DNA of 51,497 nt from positions 1 to 51,497 of IMG/VR virus record IMGVR_UViG_3300027887_000015. One strand, given 5' to 3'. The DNA is from a virus (taxonomy: Duplodnaviria; Caudoviricetes). Below, in pieces: positions 10,601 through 19,056 of this stretch. Each line of letters starts with the position of its first letter. The stretch's first letter is position 1. The position numbers and the translations under genes are program-made. Under the pieces are notes generated by a model, which did no database searches, was not told where the DNA came from, and saw only the letters and a list, made by a program, of their open reading frames with translations.

Positions 10601-12067
10601 CCAACTGGCAATGAGGCTTATTACAGCCCCAATCTTGGAGTCGGCAAAAATCACCTCACCGAACAGCTTCAGAAGATCGATAGCCAATAGAGCACCACCG
10701 ACTATCGGGATGAACTTCGTAGCTAGCCATTTTGCAATGGTGGTTACTGCTATACCTAGTCCGGTAAGAAACGCTCCGGAGAACCTTGCTATGAATGCCC
10801 CAACCGTTCTCGCGATAAACGCATCCAGAGTTGCGGACAAACCAAGAGAGAAGGAGGTTGCAAAAGTGGTAGACAGCCGTGTAGCTAGGCTTTGCAGTGC
10901 GCCTCCAAAGAAGGTCAACAAAAGGCCCACTCCCCTAAGAGCTGCTGCTGCACTCTTGGCGAAGTTTTCAATGACCCGACCCATGGCTAGTACTGCCCGT
11001 ATCATTTGAGAGAAAATGGCAACAGTAGCTATGGCTAGGAGGGTGTCCTTGAACTCCAGAAGGAAGCGAAGAATGTTGAAGAAGACGTTGGCAAGGCCCC
11101 GCACCGTCTGACCGAGAGCCTGGGCACCTTCACTGAACTTGCCCATGCCGTCTATTGATTCACCAAGCTCACTCAAGAACTTTGACAGCTCATCAACTAT
11201 GGCTTTGTACGCAGGCAGCAAATAATTGCCCAGCTTGACTTGCACCTCATCGATGTATCTGGGTAGTGAGGTGAGGGCTTTGCCCACATCGTTCATTGCC
11301 AGCTCGTAAATACCGGCGAGCTTAGTTGCCTCCTTTAGAACCGTGTTAGTGAAGGCGAGCTTCTCTTGAGACTGAGTGAGCCCCTGGCCGAATTGCTGTG
11401 TAGCTTCAGCGAATGCGCGGCGACGATCCACCAGGATACCCATGAACCGCAGTCCAAGGGTGTCCATTTGCTGGATGTTGATGATGAGTCGCTGGAAAGT
11501 CTGGGAGCTGTCCCACCCGGCAACGACTGCGAGATCCTGAGACGCACGAGCTAGCTTGGTGGCGTATTCTTCTACGTCATCAACAGGGACGATGTCGGCT
11601 CGGATGAAGTTAGCAAGAGACTCTCTTGCAGACGCAGCAGTAATGCCCAGCTTGCGAACTGCAGCTTCTGTTTTGGTTATGCTCTCTTCTGAGATGCCTG
11701 CGTTCTCGGCTACCTTTCTAAGAACGGTGCCCAGGACTTCTGTCCTAGCTGCTGTGTCAGCTAGGTTCTTAACAAAGGAGACAAGGAAGTAGCCGCCAAT
11801 AAACTGGCTCAGGTTTCGAGCACTAATCAGCAGAGATTCGAAAGAGCGAACAAGACCAACAGTCGCTTGATCGGTACTGTCTATATCCTTGGCAGTTTTT
11901 CTTGCACTCGTACCTACATCCTCCAGTCCATCGGAGGTTCTTTTGCTCTGATCACCAATACCCTTGAGACCATCTACAAGGGTCCGGAGATCATCAGCAA
12001 TTCCCTTGAGCGTATCAGTTACATCACTGAATGCTCGTATGTAGATATCAAGATTGGCTGTTGCCAC
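7622..12067 (-). CDS. Tape measure protein (1481 aa)
   Basis: Long helical Ala/Leu/Lys-rich ORF with central hydrophobic block; C-terminal GGLMQGPGTDTSDNLLAFLSPNEFVI motif; follows the chaperone. Confidence 0.92.
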   Translation of the reverse strand: MATANLDIYIRAFSDVTDTLKGIADDLRTLVDGLKGIGDQSKRTSDGLEDVGTSARKTAKDIDSTDQATVGLVRSFESLLISARNLSQFIGGYFLVSFVKNLADTAARTEVLGTVLRKVAENAGISEESITKTEAAVRKLGITAASARESLANFIRADIVPVDDVEEYATKLARASQDLAVVAGWDSSQTFQRLIINIQQMDTLGLRFMGILVDRRRAFAEATQQFGQGLTQSQEKLAFTNTVLKEATKLAGIYELAMNDVGKALTSLPRYIDEVQVKLGNYLLPAYKAIVDELSKFLSELGESIDGMGKFSEGAQALGQTVRGLANVFFNILRFLLEFKDTLLAIATVAIFSQMIRAVLAMGRVIENFAKSAAAALRGVGLLLTFFGGALQSLATRLSTTFATSFSLGLSATLDAFIARTVGAFIARFSGAFLTGLGIAVTTIAKWLATKFIPIVGGALLAIDLLKLFGEVIFADSKIGAVISLIASWFENVFFGVAGLIKDLFTEAVSLSFDFDAAFEKFFSRFEKSWNKYRKKLDDIDEKAKTDRIENFRQGLIEETRLEALAEETKDAAVKKEYVRQATLQRTQNEKEKGIIREMALRGQLSEDQEAAFKAAIEADRQLLLVQAKRLKAQQEVADALQKLKIDIGTYQEGVSNEISAFFGGITTLTRNAKAELKDFGNIAPFDTVLKALDDLTKKASSLKDLDVLSEKIRGLTVGITDVEILNRFNDLLQQINGYKTDLAQKQNEALRSSTLRLVDAFKELNELVSAQEGITLGLDIDTADLNLAIAQAEGNFEKILQLEQTKADLQMSSIDTVYDREQKRIEAVHAEKKRLIESSYSFEYRFGEQVNAQREKLKKLDEEIATTEKAIALNLSRKVGKEGLLSAEASGVSSIAGQAAIDVTDKRLQKERDLFIQRKKEALDSIEALQDQYNKSVKEGSENLALQLKKLDEETTKLSIQNILRKETALKDSLKASQDRYAAYIQKIKSLENEIKDFATEVRKNLREIDRDPQGKDKFYQELLDYQEIQDRKKEADEELAAGNFTRAKELYRLQLNQTLDLAKKARQENDFINTYKYKEQYKQAAKVYDEILRKELAATEAVKKAEQKRVEELTAALKQLSELISKKLEELTTTLVADVDEESFKKAKDYIESLIPKDIKIKITASTSEEGDETSPGFVGPREKQEAGFVGAAVQPRAELQVDVDKTQVKKATEEAQKQVEPIKAPMQPVWSIQSEETGKKVEGKGQGELNAYLKKQETTLEPLTVNTAADGTGAAADVVEIVNGIQSTSPTVAIQTVVLPPTSGANNYGTGTAVTTGGTTLSSYADILAEFKKQNPDRYKASGGLMQGPGTDTSDNLLAFLSPNEFVIKATSVRNIIREYGLSALHYINEFGKLPRFAMGGLVERVKELPSLLSSMLSPPDVMVMAPALAGGGSVQSTSLAPVYLQFPDQTLNLRGSQSEVDSLKRYLAKENLKRGRK

Positions 12068-12316
12068 CGCTTTCCTCCACCGCTCTCCAGATTTTCTGGA
12101 ATCCGTCCTTGTCGGCTTGTGACGCTCGTAAAAGCGTGAGCGTCATAAGGTGGTCCGTCCTTTTTCTCTCCTTGACCACCGAAAGCAAGGCGACAACCTG
12201 CCTGTAAGTGTATTTTCGAACCTCCGAAAGCGTATAGCCAGCCGATACCAGAAAGTCTGCTGCGATTACGAGAGACTCTTCGAAGCTTGCGAGACCGTCT
12301 CCGGCGGGGGCTTTCG
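12048..12316 (-). CDS. Tail assembly chaperone T segment (-1 frameshift extension, G/GT type)
   Basis: Open -1 frame with no start codon of its own, overlapping the chaperone end: ...FEESLVIAADFLVSAGYTLSEVRKYTYRQVVALL...GNSQS*; candidate CGA AAG shift site at 12311-12316. Confidence 0.7.
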
Positions 12317-12682
12317 AAGCTTCAACGCTTCGCCCTGTAATTTTTCGATAGCCCTTCTTAGTGCCAAAGGGTCTGGCACCGACAGTTCCCAGATGGCTGC
12401 GATAGCCACCAACTGAGTTGACGCAGGGATAAGCCTGACGTAATCCTCCTGACCAACAGCATCTGCTGCTAGAGCAATGATGTCAGTCACCATCTTAGGA
12501 GCAGTTGAAATGATGCCGGAGAAATCAGGATTATCCGACACAAAGAACAAGGCGAAGTCGTCTTTGTGCTTTGTCAAAACTGCCGATACGTCTTCAAGAC
12601 TAAGACCTCTAAGAGACAGAGTCCCGTTACCCACTGTAATAACAGCCGGAGGTGGAAGAAGGTCCTTGATGCTGACAGCCAT
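12266..12682 (-). CDS. Tail assembly chaperone (G)
   Basis: Between tail tube and TMP; GGAG RBS before MAVSIKDLLPP. Confidence 0.8.
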   Translation of the reverse strand: MAVSIKDLLPPPAVITVGNGTLSLRGLSLEDVSAVLTKHKDDFALFFVSDNPDFSGIISTAPKMVTDIIALAADAVGQEDYVRLIPASTQLVAIAAIWELSVPDPLALRRAIEKLQGEALKLRKPPPETVSQASKSLS

Positions 12683-12692
12683 TTTGCTCTCC

Positions 12693-12717
12693 AAAAAAAG
12701 GGGGGCTTTCGCCCCCC
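12693..12717 (-). terminator. Rho-independent terminator after the tail tube gene
   Basis: GGGGGGC-GAAA-GCCCCCC followed by T7 on the minus strand. Confidence 0.85.
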
Positions 12718-12740
12718 AATCTTACTCCTGCCCCATCACA

Positions 12741-13532
12741 TCATGCTAGCAGAGTCTGCTTGAAATACTTGGAACCAGAGGTCCTCAGGTTGTCAGCGAG
12801 GACATTGCCTTCCATCACAAACTGCTGGACACCATCCCCGATCAACGCGAGTTCCTTGAGCGGATCAACGGAGAACCGGAAGACCTCGACCACTACAGGA
12901 GCATTCTCGGCAGCAGTATTGAGACCCTCGAAACGGAGGTAGTAGTCGGTGGCTCCCTGGGTCAGGGCATCGATGACCTTCTGCGCCGAATAGGTGTAAT
13001 TGACGACCACATTGTCATTGTCCTGAATGGCAGTAGAAGGAGTAGCCGCCCACATCACGCTGCCAGCCTCCTCGTTGACCTTGTAGTCCCAATCACCATC
13101 TGCATCACCAACCGTGTACTCGACAAGCGTATCGGTGCCGACCTCAAGAGTAAGACCATCGATCTTGATGTGACCGAGAGCCATAACCTTGCCAAGCTGC
13201 ACACCAGCCGTGTAGGTAGTGTCGGTAACAGTGCCAGCGGTGACATCAGTTGCAGAAGCTCGCAGAGCAATGTTGAGGTTAGCCGCGTTGAAGGACTCCA
13301 TCGTCATGGTCAGAGAAGCCTTCGTCTCCTGAGTGAGACGAAGGTCAATGCTGCGCTGACCAGACTGCGACTCCTTATGCTCAAGGACCGAAGTCGCTAC
13401 TGCAATTCGCAGATCACTGACGTTGCCAACAGGAACCAGACCCGTAGGCAGACCGGTAAGGGTGTCACGAGTGCCGATCATAACGACACCCTGACCCGAG
13501 TAGTAAGTACTGACTGCGTCCCAAGTGCTCAT
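12741..13532 (-). CDS. Major tail tube protein
   Basis: YYSGQGVVMIG, VGNVSDL, EHKESQSG, LRFEGLNTA, P..ELALIGD motifs; followed by terminator and chaperone. Confidence 0.85.
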   Translation of the reverse strand: MSTWDAVSTYYSGQGVVMIGTRDTLTGLPTGLVPVGNVSDLRIAVATSVLEHKESQSGQRSIDLRLTQETKASLTMTMESFNAANLNIALRASATDVTAGTVTDTTYTAGVQLGKVMALGHIKIDGLTLEVGTDTLVEYTVGDADGDWDYKVNEEAGSVMWAATPSTAIQDNDNVVVNYTYSAQKVIDALTQGATDYYLRFEGLNTAAENAPVVVEVFRFSVDPLKELALIGDGVQQFVMEGNVLADNLRTSGSKYFKQTLLA

Positions 13533-13558
13533 AGTTGTCTAGCCTCCGAAAGGTGAAA

Positions 13559-14203
13559 TTATCGCTTGTTGAACCAGAACAGGATGATCTGATCCCCGTC
13601 TTGGTCAGCGTCAGAAACAACACCACCAGTAGCCGTACCACCCGACAGGGTTGCACCGGAGGCAGTGATCGTATCGTCACCAACAATGGTGATCGCATTG
13701 CCAGCCGTACCATCTGCATAAGCAGTGATGGTGACAGTGTCTGTGCCATCAGACTCAGCCACATACTGAATTGGGCTGGGACCTCCGTATCTCGTCTGGT
13801 ACGCATTCAACGTAGCCGCGAGATTGTCAGTAGTCTCCGCATCAGTGTCGCCCAGAAGGAAATGAGTGATGCTGGAAGGGGCTGCCTTGCAGGTAAACAC
13901 CACACCGTTGACCGTAGCGGTCTCGTTTGCGATGACCGTATCGAGAACGAGTGTACCGGTTGCCTTTGTGCTCACGATGGACATGTTTGCCGTGACATCG
14001 GAGATCACACCCGTCGCGACATTCCACGCCGAGAGGATGGTGTCCTCAGTACGAATCGCAGGGACCTCGATCTTGGTGTCTTTCTTTGCCCCGACCAGAA
14101 CATCAATTGACAATCCGGCGAGTTCACGAATGGCTCGCGGCATAGCGTTTTCAATGCCGGTGCCACCCTGGCCGAGGGTGTTGGGAAGGGTAGTCATCGT
14201 CAT
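13559..14203 (-). CDS. Virion structural protein (decoration-like, 214 aa)
   Basis: Thr/Ala/Gly-rich beta protein with VTITA..GTAGNAITI and TLSGG segments; in the head-tail region. Confidence 0.55.
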   Translation of the reverse strand: MTMTTLPNTLGQGGTGIENAMPRAIRELAGLSIDVLVGAKKDTKIEVPAIRTEDTILSAWNVATGVISDVTANMSIVSTKATGTLVLDTVIANETATVNGVVFTCKAAPSSITHFLLGDTDAETTDNLAATLNAYQTRYGGPSPIQYVAESDGTDTVTITAYADGTAGNAITIVGDDTITASGATLSGGTATGGVVSDADQDGDQIILFWFNKR

Positions 14204-14275
14204 GTGAGAAATCTCCCAGTTGAGTCGATCAAACGCTATGCGTTGTTGTCATCATTGACCTTCCTAACAGGCAGA

Positions 14276-14698
14276 TCAATTTGTTAGCACAACCACGCAC
14301 CTCCAAGTTTGGGTATACACCACCGCATTTCCCATCTGCCCACCCGCAGTTTCAGAAAAGAATCTCCAGTGGTGTCCTGACGGAGATCTTCGGTGCTTCA
14401 GCACCGCTCTGATCCCATCCAGAAGCTCTAAAGCTGAAGTCTGGGTGTTGAGATTACCAACCGTCTTTGCCTCCAAAACAATGGCGACAACGAAGACAGC
14501 CTCCGTCCCCAACCCACCACCTGGAAGTCCTTGTGAGGTAATGCCGGAATAGAAAACCCCCGCACAGGGGAGCTTTACTCCACGAGATTTGTCCAACAGG
14601 TCTTCTTCGGAGAAGATCGAAAAGATCTTGTTACGTACTCCAGGAAGCACACTGATCTGATCAAGGAGGTCCTGTTGACAATCAACAATGAGAGACAT
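14276..14698 (-). CDS. Tail terminator / Mu Gp37-like protein
   Basis: 140 aa, position before the tail tube, LPCAGVFYSG and LLDGIRAVL pattern. Confidence 0.65.
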   Translation of the reverse strand: MSLIVDCQQDLLDQISVLPGVRNKIFSIFSEEDLLDKSRGVKLPCAGVFYSGITSQGLPGGGLGTEAVFVVAIVLEAKTVGNLNTQTSALELLDGIRAVLKHRRSPSGHHWRFFSETAGGQMGNAVVYTQTWRCVVVLTN

Positions 14699-15159
14699 CA
14701 GTTGAGAGCCTTATCGATGAGGTTCTGCAGAACACGTTCCACTACCAGACCATCATTATCACTGAACCCTAAAAAGGGTCTGGCTATTTGCCCTATACCC
14801 AGTTGATGGTACTTGGCATAGGGAACATCAGTGGAAATTCTGACTTGCCCTGAGGAAGTGCTTACAGAGGGAGCAGGTTCAAAGTGCTCTTGGATGGATC
14901 GAAAAAGGCGACCCGTCTCAAACAGAGTCCCAGTGCCTAGGGTTGACCTTCGATGTACTGCTGCTTGAGAAGGAAGCCAAGGAACTTCATCCGGGTCTAC
15001 CTCTCTCAAAAATCTGGTTCTGATCCTAGCCAAAACGACAGTAGTCGCTTTTTCCAGAATGTACTGAGGATCAGTTACCGCTTCTATCCGCTTGAGTCTC
15101 TCAAGCAGTTTTGAGTAGTCAAATTTATCAACTTCAGTGAGAGATAGCGAAAGGTCCAT
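14698..15159 (-). CDS. Phage virion morphogenesis (tail completion, Mu gpG / P2 gpS-like) protein
   Basis: DPDEVPWLP, LFETGRLFRSI, VPYAKYHQLG, RPFLGFS motifs. Confidence 0.85.
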   Translation of the reverse strand: MDLSLSLTEVDKFDYSKLLERLKRIEAVTDPQYILEKATTVVLARIRTRFLREVDPDEVPWLPSQAAVHRRSTLGTGTLFETGRLFRSIQEHFEPAPSVSTSSGQVRISTDVPYAKYHQLGIGQIARPFLGFSDNDGLVVERVLQNLIDKALN

Positions 15160-15765
15160 TTACGTCTCTATTGGTTTTAGTTGCAGCCCATAGCCTCGAT
15201 AGAACGGCTGAAGGTGTACGCTGACTTGGTTGTACCCCTCCTTAAGAATCGACTGCCACTCTTCACTACGGTTGGTGATCTGCACGGTATTCATCACGAG
15301 CGGTATCAAGGAGAACATTGCCTCCTTGACCCCCTGAGGAGGCAGGTTGGCAGTGATACCAGTTGCACTCTTACGGAAGCCTGCCGTATACGCCACCGAG
15401 ACGTAGTAGCCCTCGTAAGAGGAGGGGATGTACACGATACCTTTACGCCGGTTGATCTGGACTTCGGTTGCCGACACAGAGGTGGTGATGTCGGAGATTG
15501 TGTCCCCAACCTTCACCACCACTGCATCGTCAGTAAGAAATGCCTTGGTAAGGCGCAACCGAAAATTGGAGCGGAAGTCAGGAGGTCTGTCGTTGGAGTC
15601 CAGGTAGAAAAGATCGGTGTGACTAGCAGAGTCGAAATCAGTTCCCAGCGAGGCAGACAGCATACTCGTTGCTGCGATAATACACGTTGTCAGCGTCGAA
15701 TCGACTTCTTCACTGTCATTCAGAGCCATGCGCTCTTTGATCTCTTCTACCGAAACTAGGTCCAT
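15160..15765 (-). CDS. Head-tail connector/adaptor protein
   Basis: LVSVEEIKERM start, V.YTAGF...P..VKEA motif. Confidence 0.75.
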   Translation of the reverse strand: MDLVSVEEIKERMALNDSEEVDSTLTTCIIAATSMLSASLGTDFDSASHTDLFYLDSNDRPPDFRSNFRLRLTKAFLTDDAVVVKVGDTISDITTSVSATEVQINRRKGIVYIPSSYEGYYVSVAYTAGFRKSATGITANLPPQGVKEAMFSLIPLVMNTVQITNRSEEWQSILKEGYNQVSVHLQPFYRGYGLQLKPIET

Positions 15766-15767
15766 TG

Positions 15768-16097
15768 TCAGACCTCTACTCCATGCTCTGCTGCGGTATC
15801 AATCTCGTCACCCCCATAAGCGGGAGAGCGAGTTGCCCCTGCACGCCTACCGCGTTTACGTGGCGGCTTTGGAAGAACAACACCTTTCTCAGCTAGCTCC
15901 ACATCTTCGCTTGAAGCCACTCTGAAAAATGGAATGCCAGCATCGTCGGCTCGACTGAGAAGATCTGTGGCCTTCTCTTGGTCAACTTCGTACACCTGAC
16001 CCCGACGATAAATCTCCTGGGTAGGATGGAATAGATAGGTAGTGACTCTTGTCAAACAGACTTTCACGGGGTTAGCTCTCCGGATAGTTATCGCCAT
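15768..16097 (-). CDS. Hypothetical protein following the major capsid gene
   Basis: YRRGQVYEVD..A..LL motif; position after MCP terminator. Confidence 0.6.
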   Translation of the reverse strand: MAITIRRANPVKVCLTRVTTYLFHPTQEIYRRGQVYEVDQEKATDLLSRADDAGIPFFRVASSEDVELAEKGVVLPKPPRKRGRRAGATRSPAYGGDEIDTAAEHGVEV

Positions 16098-16104
16098 TTT
16101 TAAC

Positions 16105-16130
16105 AAAAAAGGGGGGATGTGACTCCCCCC
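16105..16130 (-). terminator. Rho-independent terminator after the major capsid gene
   Basis: GGGGGGA-GTCACA-TCCCCCC followed by T6 on the minus strand. Confidence 0.85.
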
Positions 16131-16159
16131 TTTCCTCTACTGAGTCATCAGCTAACAGG

Positions 16160-17101
16160 TTAGCCGATATTGTTGTACTTCACCACTGCGTCCTCTTCCT
16201 CGATCTCGCAAGCAACACGAGTCGTCAAGACGATGATGAACTCACGAGTACGGATATCCTTATCATACTCAATGGTAACCCTTCTCTGAATTCCAAAAAT
16301 GAGGTTGAGCGGATTGACAAACAGACCCTTGGCAGCGGGCATCATCGGTGCGCCAAGAACCTGCGAGCCCCATGCGTACAGCGGGCCGAGTCCCTGCAGC
16401 ATCGTATCGCCAAGACCCGTCGCACGATCCGAGTAGGTATCACGCATCTCGGTCTCGTTGTCCACCGAGAAAAAGTGAACCAGCTCGCCACGATTCCGGA
16501 GGTACTTATCCGGCATCGCTTTGACGGCATTCTTCAGCAGGGTCTTGCTGATCGTAGCACCACCAGCATCAACAACATGCGTAGTGACCAGTTTCATCCA
16601 GCCGTCAAGAAGAGCGAGGTAGGGGTCACCGGAAATCGAGTCGCCCAGAAGAACCAGCTCCTCCAGATCGAGAGCGGCACGCTCAGCAATCAGAGTAACG
16701 ATGGTGCTATGCAGACCACCGGCACCACCAGACTCTGACGAAGCATTGATGTTGCCGCGCTCGATATTATCCTCAAGCACTTCGTAGGGGATTCTGACTT
16801 CAGCCATCACCTCTTCAGTGTTGAGCACAACCTGCGACAGATCAGGCTTCGCACGATCACTCGGATCAAGTGCCGTAACAGAGACTGCCGGGCGCAAAAT
16901 TCGACTACCGAAGCCGATCTTATTGATCTTCCTCGTTGGCGAATTCATGGTGACGACACGAGCACTGTTGAGAACAGTGGGGCTGTCAATCAGAGTGCGG
17001 ATGAAACGATCAGTCTGCTCGGGGTTGAGAAGACCACCATCGGACACGAGATCGCTAAGAGCGATGTCTGCCTTTCGAACAAGTTCAGCATTGCTGCTCA
17101 T
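16160..17101 (-). CDS. Major capsid protein (HK97 fold, PBSX XkdG-like)
   Basis: GGLLNPEQ..RFI, LEDNIE, DLEEL.L.GD, P.NLIFGIQR motifs; N-terminal LVRK/ADI probable maturation site. Confidence 0.92.
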   Translation of the reverse strand: MSSNAELVRKADIALSDLVSDGGLLNPEQTDRFIRTLIDSPTVLNSARVVTMNSPTRKINKIGFGSRILRPAVSVTALDPSDRAKPDLSQVVLNTEEVMAEVRIPYEVLEDNIERGNINASSESGGAGGLHSTIVTLIAERAALDLEELVLLGDSISGDPYLALLDGWMKLVTTHVVDAGGATISKTLLKNAVKAMPDKYLRNRGELVHFFSVDNETEMRDTYSDRATGLGDTMLQGLGPLYAWGSQVLGAPMMPAAKGLFVNPLNLIFGIQRRVTIEYDKDIRTREFIIVLTTRVACEIEEEDAVVKYNNIG

Positions 17102-17121
17102 GTGAGTGAACCTCCGTACAG

Positions 17122-18189
17122 TTAACGAGAACGCATTTTCTGGCGAGGCAGAAAAGCCGTGTCGAACAGACCAGATCGCGGATCACTGTCCGCTTTCTTC
17201 GTCGCAGTGGTAGGCTTGTCTCCGGGAGGGATAGAACCAACCACCGTGCCTTTGACGACAGCCTGAGCCGATTTAGCCATTTCCTTCGCCTCAGCCATCG
17301 ACGCTTCCAGAGATTCACTCTTTTTGCTGATGTCTGAGACTTTGTTGCCGAGATCCTCGATGCTCTTCACCACCGACATAACCTGCTCGGTGACGGGAGC
17401 AATAAGCTTCTCCGCAATCTTTTGAATTGCCTCTAGCGGCAACTCAGCTTGAACAGGAGCCACAGGCTCAGTAACAGGGGTCTTCTCATCAACCTTGTCG
17501 TCGTCCTCTTCCTCCTTTGCAATGCCCTCGACAACCGAATACACGTTGTCAGCAGCATTGACTAGCGAGGCCGGAAGAGCGGAAGCATAGTCCTTGATGA
17601 GAGCACCAAACGCAGCCAGTGCCTGCTCAGCCTTTGCAACCTTTTCCTCTGTCGGGCATTTGCCACAGGAGAGAATCTCCATAGTGGAGTCAAACATGTG
17701 CCCGAAAGCCAGATCGATCCCAGGAAGATAGCCGTCTGCCTTAGTGACAAACGAGGTATTCTCCGTAGGAAAATCTTTGACTAGAGCCAGGAGGTGAGAA
17801 TTCATCCGGATGATATCAGCACCCTCGGTATCACCCTGCTTGAGGATGATGGTTCCATCTTCCTGCTCAGCAGCATCATCAACGGAGAAGCCATTGTCCT
17901 TGAGGATCTCCTGCACCTTGGCAAGAGCCTCGGTCTTCTCGACTACGATACCCACGATGGTCGGAACAACCTTCTGCTCAATCTCAGTCTCAGGCGAGAC
18001 TGCCTTTTCGACTTTCTCGTCGGGAGCAGATTCCCGCTTGAAAATTTTCTCCAGATTGATCATGGAATCAGTCTCCCGTGACTGTTTGATAATTCGGAAT
18101 GGAATCCTATTAGCCCCCCTCTCGACTAGAGAGATGTAGCTGACGGAAGGATTCTCCAGCTTTACCGACTTGAGTTTTACCTTTGCCAT
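17122..18189 (-). CDS. Capsid scaffolding protein
   Basis: Between protease and MCP; ISLVERGANRIPFRIIK start; acidic and coiled-coil; many hydrophobic-x-K motifs. Confidence 0.75.
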   Translation of the reverse strand: MAKVKLKSVKLENPSVSYISLVERGANRIPFRIIKQSRETDSMINLEKIFKRESAPDEKVEKAVSPETEIEQKVVPTIVGIVVEKTEALAKVQEILKDNGFSVDDAAEQEDGTIILKQGDTEGADIIRMNSHLLALVKDFPTENTSFVTKADGYLPGIDLAFGHMFDSTMEILSCGKCPTEEKVAKAEQALAAFGALIKDYASALPASLVNAADNVYSVVEGIAKEEEDDDKVDEKTPVTEPVAPVQAELPLEAIQKIAEKLIAPVTEQVMSVVKSIEDLGNKVSDISKKSESLEASMAEAKEMAKSAQAVVKGTVVGSIPPGDKPTTATKKADSDPRSGLFDTAFLPRQKMRSR

Positions 18190-18228
18190 GAACCTACGGT
18201 AGCAGCACCTAACAAACGGAACAAATGG

Positions 18229-18825
18229 TCAAACTTCTTGAGGGACCAGTAACTCTATGTGAGAAAAGCGATGGTTGTGCTCGGAAACTGTGTCTGTGAC
18301 CGTCCCCTTTTTGATGGTGTGCTTGTGACCCTTTGCTTCGTCAGTAACCCCACCAAGGAAGTTTCCGTCTGCGTCGTAGGAAACGTAGAAGCGATGTGAA
18401 TGCCCATCGTCCGCTTTAGACGTAAGTCCCTCTAGAACAGGGGGGATGTCAATCTCCACCTCAGAGTTGGTCTTGGTGACGAAGGCTTCGATGGACAGAC
18501 CGTTGATCTTGCCACTCTTGATGGCAGACCAAGTCTCATCATCTGGAACGTGAATGCCCACCACCCAAGAACCGGGGATGGGAAACGTGTCGTCTCCCTT
18601 GCGGGAGATGAAGGACTCGACTACAGACGCACCAGGAACCAGCTTGTTGGTGTGCTGAACATCGATCTGGGAAACCTTCTTGTCACGGAGAAACTTGTAA
18701 GCCATCTCCCTAATGGAAACGGCATCCATGTGTTCACCGTCTGAATCTGGGATTCCGGGCACATAAACTTCTGCCCAGACAATGCGTTGTTCTTCTGATT
18801 CTGCAGCGAGTTTTAGCTCAGGCAT
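18229..18825 (-). CDS. Prohead protease, XkdF-like serine protease with His-rich C-terminus
   Basis: VWAEVYVP..PDSDGE, IDVQH, VVESFI, GSWVVG, W..IKSGKINGLSIE motifs. Confidence 0.88.
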   Translation of the reverse strand: MPELKLAAESEEQRIVWAEVYVPGIPDSDGEHMDAVSIREMAYKFLRDKKVSQIDVQHTNKLVPGASVVESFISRKGDDTFPIPGSWVVGIHVPDDETWSAIKSGKINGLSIEAFVTKTNSEVEIDIPPVLEGLTSKADDGHSHRFYVSYDADGNFLGGVTDEAKGHKHTIKKGTVTDTVSEHNHRFSHIELLVPQEV

Positions 18826-18849
18826 AAGGTCACCTCATTTGAGGCAACC

Positions 18850-19056
18850 TTACGACCTCCTAACGTACAGTGCAGTAGCTTGCTCTTTTGTCAGCCCGAG
18901 AAACTCAACGGCATAGCGTATAGTGGCTGCTTGAATCTCTGACCCCTCCCAGTCGTAGGAGGAAAGAATTTCTTCGTGCAGGGGCTCGTCGTATTTGACA
19001 TCTCCCTGAATAAAGAGAGCCCCTGGCTCTGGCAGCTTAGGGGGTGACGTAGGCAT
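18850..19056 (-). CDS. Small partner protein overlapping the MuF-GNAT gene end
   Basis: 68 aa, mildly acidic, overlaps the last 20 nt of the upstream gene. Confidence 0.6.
   Translation of the reverse strand: MPTSPPKLPEPGALFIQGDVKYDEPLHEEILSSYDWEGSEIQAATIRYAVEFLGLTKEQATALYVRRS

Noticed and set aside
7751-17105. Long plus-strand ORFs (e.g. 10227-11009, 13535-14110, 15181-15759)
   Set aside because: Antisense shadows of well-supported minus-strand structural genes, with no recognisable motifs
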